In this document: positions 58,209-64,000 of the stretch, in pieces
How the letters are laid out: each line of letters starts with the position of its first letter
How positions within the stretch are numbered: the first letter of the stretch is position 1
Origin: Candidatus Thorarchaeota archaeon
GTDB taxonomy: Archaea; Asgardarchaeota; Thorarchaeia; Thorarchaeales; Thorarchaeaceae
Assembly (NCBI GenBank): GCA_048884965.1
Contig: JBHLQH010000009.1
Location: 66,496 to 130,495 of the forward strand
Length of the DNA: 64,000 bases
Direction of reading: 5' to 3'
Program-made: the position numbers and the translations under genes
Notes under the pieces: generated by a model
Told to the model about the DNA's origin: nothing
Seen by the model: the letters and a program-made list of their open reading frames with translations, nothing else
The model's database searches: none

Positions 58209-59039
58209 TCAGAATGGTGCCTTGAATTGTACCTTCACAGATGCTATCTCTTCTCCCAGAACCTCTGGATGTAAGCTACCGATACCATTCTCGCTTGCTA
58301 GCACAAGATGCTGGACTCGGTCTATATCGAGTCCCATCATCCTCATGACTGTTGCATCAACTGATACTGGATTCTTGCCTAACAAGAATACTCCTATCGG
58401 TCTTGTCTTTGGTCCATTCCATCCCTCTACTCCTACTCGTCCATCGACTATACAGAGATCTGGAGGTACTATCCTGTTCAAATCGACTAGTATTCTGCTG
58501 ATATTTGAATGAAATGACGCCTTTCCCTTACTCGGTAGTAGCCCGAACTGGTTCTTGAGAGAAGCAGTCAGGAAAGTCGTTTCATGGGTCTTTGCAATGG
58601 CCACTGAGATGTAATAATGAGGTTGTGTCAGGATCTCATTAAGCTCGACTGTATCGTAGTAGAGCCCGTCGACTTTTACTGATACAAGAGGTTTTGAGCT
58701 TAGATTGACTGCATCTACATCATATCCGCTCTCCCTTTTCGTATCTCGAAGTTTGAGGTACCCGAACTTTTTGAAAGCATCCATTGTATTCTTGCTCTGG
58801 CTATCCGATTCGACAAAGCGGATACAAGTGTCTGGATACTCTTGTAGAATGATATCGACAACTGCCTCGACAACCTTGATATCGGTCACTGAGTGCCCAG
58901 TTCCATCCGAGATTGTACAGATATTGGGTTTGATTAATACCGGACCACTTTTTGATCCGATGCCTTTGATATGATTCAATCCTTTCTGAAGAGTTGCTTT
59001 GATTGAATCCTCGAATCTTACCAGTGCGACTTTCTCCAA
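58209..59039 (-). CDS. DUF362-domain protein
   Basis: VLIKPN, KTH, T.SLKN.FG, IVDG..G.EG..GP, NPV.VD. Confidence 0.9.
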   Translation of the reverse strand: MEKVALVRFEDSIKATLQKGLNHIKGIGSKSGPVLIKPNICTISDGTGHSVTDIKVVEAVVDIILQEYPDTCIRFVESDSQSKNTMDAFKKFGYLKLRDTKRESGYDVDAVNLSSKPLVSVKVDGLYYDTVELNEILTQPHYYISVAIAKTHETTFLTASLKNQFGLLPSKGKASFHSNISRILVDLNRIVPPDLCIVDGRVGVEGWNGPKTRPIGVFLLGKNPVSVDATVMRMMGLDIDRVQHLVLASENGIGSLHPEVLGEEIASVKVQFKAPF

Positions 59040-59140
59040 AGTACCAACCTCTTTCTACCACAAAATGAATGACCTCTTAAATCTCCATTCATACCCCTTT
59101 ATTAGAGAGTGCTTCTCTCAGGTTTCTTGGATTTGTTAGT

Positions 59141-59761
59141 ATGGATGATGAAATCACATTTTGGAGCGAAACGAAAAAGGGTGGGAAAGTAGTAGAGCGT
59201 TTTGCGCCAAATGCCACTGCAATTAACCTTAGTGACAGGAGAATCGGCTCAACAGATCTCTCTCCGTTGGACCAATTTCCGAATCTGGAAGTTCTCATTC
59301 TCTCTGGAAATGAGCTGCAGAATATCGACCTATCACCATTGTCAAACTGCCCTAACTTACTTGAACTCTCCCTCGGTAGCAATGAGATGGAAGCCATTGA
59401 CCTTTCACCCTTGAGGGACTGCAAGAGTCTGATGCATCTCGATATATCATTCAATCGTCTGAAAGAGATAAGCCTCCTACCACTTGCATCCTGCACTGAA
59501 TTGAAGGCATTGCATCTCTACCAGAATAAACTGACCTCAATTGATCTTGCTCCAATGAAGAAGTGCAAGAAGCTGCGAAACATCACGCTTGAAAAGAATG
59601 ACTTCGTACAAGTTGACATCTCTGCTCTGTTCTCATGCCCTAGACTTATGAAGATAGGATTTGATGACGCAACCACATTGAAGGCTGCAATCAAGAACAA
59701 GGAAATAACAAAGCTACCTATTGGATTCAAACCCATCCGCCCACGAATTGAATGGACCTAG
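59141..59761 (+). CDS. Leucine-rich repeat protein
   Basis: About six 23-aa repeats LxxLxLxxNxLxxIDLSPLxxCxx. Confidence 0.9.
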   Translation: MDDEITFWSETKKGGKVVERFAPNATAINLSDRRIGSTDLSPLDQFPNLEVLILSGNELQNIDLSPLSNCPNLLELSLGSNEMEAIDLSPLRDCKSLMHLDISFNRLKEISLLPLASCTELKALHLYQNKLTSIDLAPMKKCKKLRNITLEKNDFVQVDISALFSCPRLMKIGFDDATTLKAAIKNKEITKLPIGFKPIRPRIEWT

Positions 59762-59818
59762 GGTTTCATTGCTGAGAACTGCCGTCTTTTATCTCTAAAG
59801 ACACTACTTTCACACTCC

Positions 59819-60979
59819 ATGAAGTCCCCCTCATCAGTCCTACTCATACTCATCATTCTATCGATGATGAGCACATCTCCTTTCACTGCAGAGCCCACGG
59901 AGCGTATGTCCTCCCTCCCCGACCATGATCCTATCCTAGTTGGTGGCAACAGTGATTTCCTAAATCTAGCCGAACAAGAAGGCTGGTCTGGAAATGGTAG
60001 TGCAAATAATCCCATCATCGTTGAAGGTTATAGATTCTATCGAGCTAGCCATATGCTTCGATTATCCAACATTGATCTTCACATCCTCTTTCGTAACAAT
60101 GAGTTTGATGGAATTGCCAAGGTCTGGTGTGCGATTGTGCTGGACAAGGTGAGGAACATTGTTATTGCAAACAACACTATTCACCATGCTGCTGCAGGAG
60201 TCCATGTCGCGTGGAGCAATGATACAGTCATCTCAGGCAATGAGATGTACGGGATAACCTATGATGGAGTGTTCCTCGATTACTATTGCTATAACAACAC
60301 GATAGTACACAATGAGATGTATGATATGGGCGAGGCAGGCGTCTTTGCCATTGGTTTCTGCCGTGATAACCTCATTGCTGATAATCAGATACATAACAAT
60401 CCATATGGTATCTGCCTGACGGTAGGATCTGATAGCAATACGATTCTGAGCAATCGCCTCTCCACTAGCTCCTCACACGGTCTGTATCTGCTCACTTCGA
60501 ATAATCTCGTCAAGAACAATCTGATCTATAGCAACACAGGTGCCGGCATATTGGTAGGATCAATGACGCATCACAACTATATTGCAGAGAATTTCCTGTA
60601 CAACAATAGTCGAAGAGGTGTTGAACTCTCAACATCTAGTAACAACACTATCGAACAGAACGATTTCATTGATAATAAGTCCCCACAAGCCTGTGATAAC
60701 GGAAGTGAGAATGTATTTCGTCATAATTACTGGAGTGATTGGACTGAACCTGATGAGGATGAAAATGAAATTGTCGACGCTCCCTATGCAATCGCAGGAA
60801 CTGCTAGCAGTATCGATAGATTTGCCATGACAGAATCCTATCGAAATGTGTCTGCAGTGCTGAACACCAAAGTAGCAGTTCACTCAGTGCCAATGGAATA
60901 CCTGATTGCAGGGCTTGGACTAGTCATTATTATACCAGTTGCATTGGTATTTATCGCAAGACGCAGAGGCAATTTCTAA
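59819..60979 (+). CDS. NosD/CASH beta-helix surface protein
   Basis: Signal peptide, HDPI...W.G.GS..NPII.EG, repeated N.I..N, NYWSDW..PD, PY.I.G....D, C-terminal TM plus RRR. Confidence 0.87.
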   Translation: MKSPSSVLLILIILSMMSTSPFTAEPTERMSSLPDHDPILVGGNSDFLNLAEQEGWSGNGSANNPIIVEGYRFYRASHMLRLSNIDLHILFRNNEFDGIAKVWCAIVLDKVRNIVIANNTIHHAAAGVHVAWSNDTVISGNEMYGITYDGVFLDYYCYNNTIVHNEMYDMGEAGVFAIGFCRDNLIADNQIHNNPYGICLTVGSDSNTILSNRLSTSSSHGLYLLTSNNLVKNNLIYSNTGAGILVGSMTHHNYIAENFLYNNSRRGVELSTSSNNTIEQNDFIDNKSPQACDNGSENVFRHNYWSDWTEPDEDENEIVDAPYAIAGTASSIDRFAMTESYRNVSAVLNTKVAVHSVPMEYLIAGLGLVIIIPVALVFIARRRGNF

Positions 60980-61527
60980 TCAAAGAGATTGGAACCTGCC
61001 GCCTTTGCTAAAGAAAGTATGTCTGGTTTGTCCATTACTTCCCCCTTCTCAAAGACTCCTGGTGCTATGATACTACCTTTCACATCCAATTTCATGTACT
61101 CACACGAATCCTCTATCATGCCTATTGCATGGCGAGCATAGTGTGCGCTGCTAGCACCAAGAGGCATCACGATTACCACACGCTTTCCCGTGAACACCTC
61201 TCGACTGATGCCGTACCACCTATCCATGAATGCCTTGAATTGAGCTGTTGGTCCCCAGAAATACACAGGGCTCCCAAACACCCAAGCATCTGACGCTTTC
61301 ATACTTGCTACCAGCTTATCGAGGTCGTCATTGTGGATGCACTTCCCAGTATCTTCACAGGTGTTGCAGCCCCTGCAGGGTTGAATTGTAAGGCTGCTAA
61401 GGTAGACCTTCTCCGTCTTGCCCCCGTTGCTCTCAACAGATCGTAGGACCTCATCGACCAATATATCGGTATTTCCCTTTCGTCGAGCGCTACCTACAAT
61501 ACCAAGGACTCGGATCGTCTTTGCCAT
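60976..61527 (-). CDS. Iron-sulfur flavoprotein / NADPH-dependent FMN reductase family
   Basis: GSARRKGNT, CRGCNTC....C.HNDD, FGSPVYF, KAFMDR. Confidence 0.9.
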   Translation of the reverse strand: MAKTIRVLGIVGSARRKGNTDILVDEVLRSVESNGGKTEKVYLSSLTIQPCRGCNTCEDTGKCIHNDDLDKLVASMKASDAWVFGSPVYFWGPTAQFKAFMDRWYGISREVFTGKRVVIVMPLGASSAHYARHAIGMIEDSCEYMKLDVKGSIIAPGVFEKGEVMDKPDILSLAKAAGSNLFD

Positions 61528-61593
61528 GAACTCTCAGCTCGCAACCACACATTAGATAGAATCAGGTAATCAGTCTATCCTCTTGCTAGGATG

Positions 61594-62340
61594 TCAGAAT
61601 GCATATGGATCCCACGGGATCGTACACCAATAGATTCCTATTTGATTGAATTCAAGGTCTTCTTGGAGATTAACGCCAGTATTTGCGTACATAGAACGTA
61701 TGACTAATGGCGATAGAGTTAGTGAGATATCTGCATAGACATCCAAGCCTCCAATACCATATGATTCCAGAGCATCTTCAAAAGGTGATACAATTCGCCC
61801 ATCTGTTATTTTAGGTATCACAACTAAGATCGTCGTATTATCTCCTCTGAACTCCAATGCCCAGTTGACGGGAAATGCAAAGTCGATTCTGATACTCCAA
61901 GTGTCGTTGCTAAACACATCAATCTCAGTCCATTGAATATACATTCCTGAGGTACGTTCATACATCATCTCTGCAAATGCACCAGTATCCTCCGTACTCG
62001 CACCTACATGCGTTTCAATCCAGTCGAGATGAGTCCCATATGCATCGGTGTAGATGCCACTAGCAATCCACTGATACGAAGATGTATATTCATGACTTGT
62101 TGAATTCGATTGGTAGGTGATAGTGAGATCGAGCTCAGCTTCTATAGGTGGTGGAAGTGTGATCACGATGACAAAAACCAATGGGACTACTATGCCTATG
62201 ATGATGACTGCTGCGACGAACCTCTTGAGCAGGTCCGGTCTGCTAACCTGTATTTTCTTAGCGAGATAGTACACGACTACCGCAACTATCAGAAGAACCA
62301 CTGGTAGAGCTGTAAAGGTATAGAACATCTGCAATTGCAT
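61594..62340 (-). CDS. Membrane-anchored hypothetical protein (2 TM plus extracellular domain)
   Basis: Two N-terminal TMs; start moved to ATG 62340 after GGGGAG. Confidence 0.68.
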   Translation of the reverse strand: MQLQMFYTFTALPVVLLIVAVVVYYLAKKIQVSRPDLLKRFVAAVIIIGIVVPLVFVIVITLPPPIEAELDLTITYQSNSTSHEYTSSYQWIASGIYTDAYGTHLDWIETHVGASTEDTGAFAEMMYERTSGMYIQWTEIDVFSNDTWSIRIDFAFPVNWALEFRGDNTTILVVIPKITDGRIVSPFEDALESYGIGGLDVYADISLTLSPLVIRSMYANTGVNLQEDLEFNQIGIYWCTIPWDPYAF

Positions 62341-62411
62341 TAGTATCTCTCCCCACAGATTATCCTTGATTTCGAAAACATATGAAGATTTAGTGAAAAT
62401 GAACACAGCAG

Positions 62412-62687
62412 TTAGTACGTCGCTTCCACATAGTAGAGATATTTGCCAGTCGTCCCATCATAGACATTGGTGACCCTGAAGTCAGTTGCCATGATCTTAG
62501 TATCCTTAGAGAACCATGCAAATCGCTCGTACTGCCCGTTAATTCTAGCCATTTCTTCCATTGCAGGAATAGTAAGGATTACAGCATACTCGTCAGTATG
62601 TCTGCAACCAACGACTTTTGACCCATCAGAAGAGATTGCCCAATAGTCGAACCTATCGCTCGCCATCTTCTCAAGATTCTCTGACAT
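62412..62687 (-). CDS. Small hypothetical protein (WD40/beta-propeller blade-like fragment)
   Basis: AISSDGSKVV, WFSKD.KI, V.VYD..TG; GGGAG SD. Confidence 0.6.
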   Translation of the reverse strand: MSENLEKMASDRFDYWAISSDGSKVVGCRHTDEYAVILTIPAMEEMARINGQYERFAWFSKDTKIMATDFRVTNVYDGTTGKYLYYVEATY

Positions 62688-62755
62688 TCATTCTCCCTTT
62701 GCTCACATACTCAATATGCACTATTTCTCTCTATCCACAATGTGCAACTTAAGGA

Positions 62756-63619
62756 CTACATCTTCTGGAAGACTACTAGCATGTGTGTACCTCCATCGAT
62801 TGCGCCGGGCTCTTTACAGAAATCCAACTCCCACTTGAGAAACATCTCTTTCGTCTTTGGGTCTTTCATCATTTCCATTAGTATCTCTTCTGATGTGCTT
62901 CCAGTGGATAGAAAGTTGGTAGCTGAAGCATCCAGTATCTCAATTGGATGGTTATACAGAATCTCTCTGAACTCATTCCATCTGTACATGTGACACTGAT
63001 GTGTTCCTTTTGATGCAAGCTTACCAACGACATCTCCTGTTCTTGTTAGATTGTCGAATTCCTCCAGACTGACATTTCCGGCTATCACTTCTTCGAACAC
63101 ATTGTGCAAATAATGCTGATATGTTCCAATGCATGACATGACACTGGCAAGCACTATTCCTTTACTTTTTGTGACTCGTAGCACCTCTCTTATTGCATCA
63201 TTGATGAACTCCAAGACGTAGCTAAACGGACCCCCAAAGCATACTACCATATCAAAGGAGCTATCTGGGATACCCTCCAGATTCAGAATATCCCGCTTCT
63301 TTCGCCAGAGCACCTCCTTCTCACATCCAGCTTCTTTGACCTTTGTTTCATTCAATTGGAGCTGAACATTGGAAATATCTACTATCCCAATTTTCGTTCC
63401 CATCTTCGCCAATTCAATAGTGAATCTCCCTGGTCCAGGCCCGATCTCCAGAACGCGAGAACCTGATTGGATGTACTTCTTGAGATAGTGCATATGGATG
63501 TGAAACTGAACTTGTCCCAATGGATTCTTCTCAAGCCTGTCCCATTCGTCTTCACCATATTCATCAAAATGCCCTTCAATCACCTTTGGGTCATATATTG
63601 GCAAGAACAGAGCCTCCAC
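62756..63619 (-). CDS. Class I SAM-dependent methyltransferase
   Basis: EWDRL, VLEIGPGPGRF, VDIS..QL, DSSFD.V, RVTK..G. Confidence 0.92.
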   Translation of the reverse strand: MEALFLPIYDPKVIEGHFDEYGEDEWDRLEKNPLGQVQFHIHMHYLKKYIQSGSRVLEIGPGPGRFTIELAKMGTKIGIVDISNVQLQLNETKVKEAGCEKEVLWRKKRDILNLEGIPDSSFDMVVCFGGPFSYVLEFINDAIREVLRVTKSKGIVLASVMSCIGTYQHYLHNVFEEVIAGNVSLEEFDNLTRTGDVVGKLASKGTHQCHMYRWNEFREILYNHPIEILDASATNFLSTGSTSEEILMEMMKDPKTKEMFLKWELDFCKEPGAIDGGTHMLVVFQKM

Positions 63620-63696
63620 TTGTCCATTATACAGATATCAGGTTCTGCAAAAGGCTATGGGCAACTTTAGTTGAACTAATGATCAAAAGATGAACA

Positions 63697-63718
63697 TTGG
63701 GGAGAGTCTTCTCCCCAA
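63697..63718 (-). terminator. Stem-loop downstream of rps19
   Basis: TTGGGGAGA-GTCT-TCTCCCCAA 9-bp stem, 12 nt past the rps19 stop. Confidence 0.65.
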
Positions 63719-63730
63719 AAGATACGATTC

Positions 63731-64000
63731 TTACTTGAGTGGAACGTATGCTGAGCTCTTGGTAGCACCGATACCTGGGTTACCATGGCTAACACGCTTG
63801 GTAGTTAAGCTGAACTCGCCAAGCACATGTCCGATCATCTGTGGGAGAATCTTGGTCCTTTGGAATTCCTTTCCATTGTGAATAGCGATTGTGAGATCGA
63901 CCATCTCGGGTAGAATGACCATGTCGCGGCAGTGGGTTCTCACAACGACTTCCTTGCCCTTTCTCTGTGATTTTCGAGCATTTCGTAGCTTAACAAGGAG
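63731..64000 (-). CDS. rps19p: 30S ribosomal protein S19 (uS19), 5'-truncated by window
   Basis: RTHCRDM.ILPEMV, HNGKEF, MIGH.LGEF, HG.PGIGAT.SS..VPLK; the frame is open to the window edge. Confidence 0.97.
   Translation of the reverse strand, partial: LLVKLRNARKSQRKGKEVVVRTHCRDMVILPEMVDLTIAIHNGKEFQRTKILPQMIGHVLGEFSLTTKRVSHGNPGIGATKSSAYVPLK

Overview
Archaeal chromosomal segment, most likely Asgard (Thorarchaeia-like). This assignment is inferred from two tandem profilin genes, archaeal rps19, archaeal TATA and GGAGG/GGTGA signals, and expanded NosD/CASH, LRR, TPR and tandem Lrp-like wHTH proteins. From left to right: (1) CYTH/CyaB and HD genes; (2) a ~12.9 kb, tightly coupled MoxR operon led by a 2076-aa surface protein with a catalytically dead transglutaminase-like domain and many Ig-like repeats, followed by DUF4129, DUF4350, MoxR, DUF58, a membrane protein and a DHH phosphoesterase; (3) an OPT transporter and two profilins, the second probably CTG-initiated; (4) a wHTH regulator divergent from an unannotated operon of three micropeptides (35, 28 and 39 aa; the first two paralogous); (5) TrmB with an ABC-2 exporter and a visible operator pair; (6) MFS and peptidase genes and a Cys/His-rich metal-handling ABC cluster; (7) a secreted metacaspase; (8) a compact array of five tRNA genes (four Leu and one Phe) with encoded CCA and non-canonical, apparently co-varying D/T-loop elbows; (9) assorted methyltransferases, transport, redox and surface proteins, ending in a partial rps19. 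The strongest candidates for undescribed systems are the Leu/Phe tRNA array and the micropeptide operon. No CRISPR array, rRNA or transposase was recognised. All family calls come from reading motifs by eye, not from database searches.
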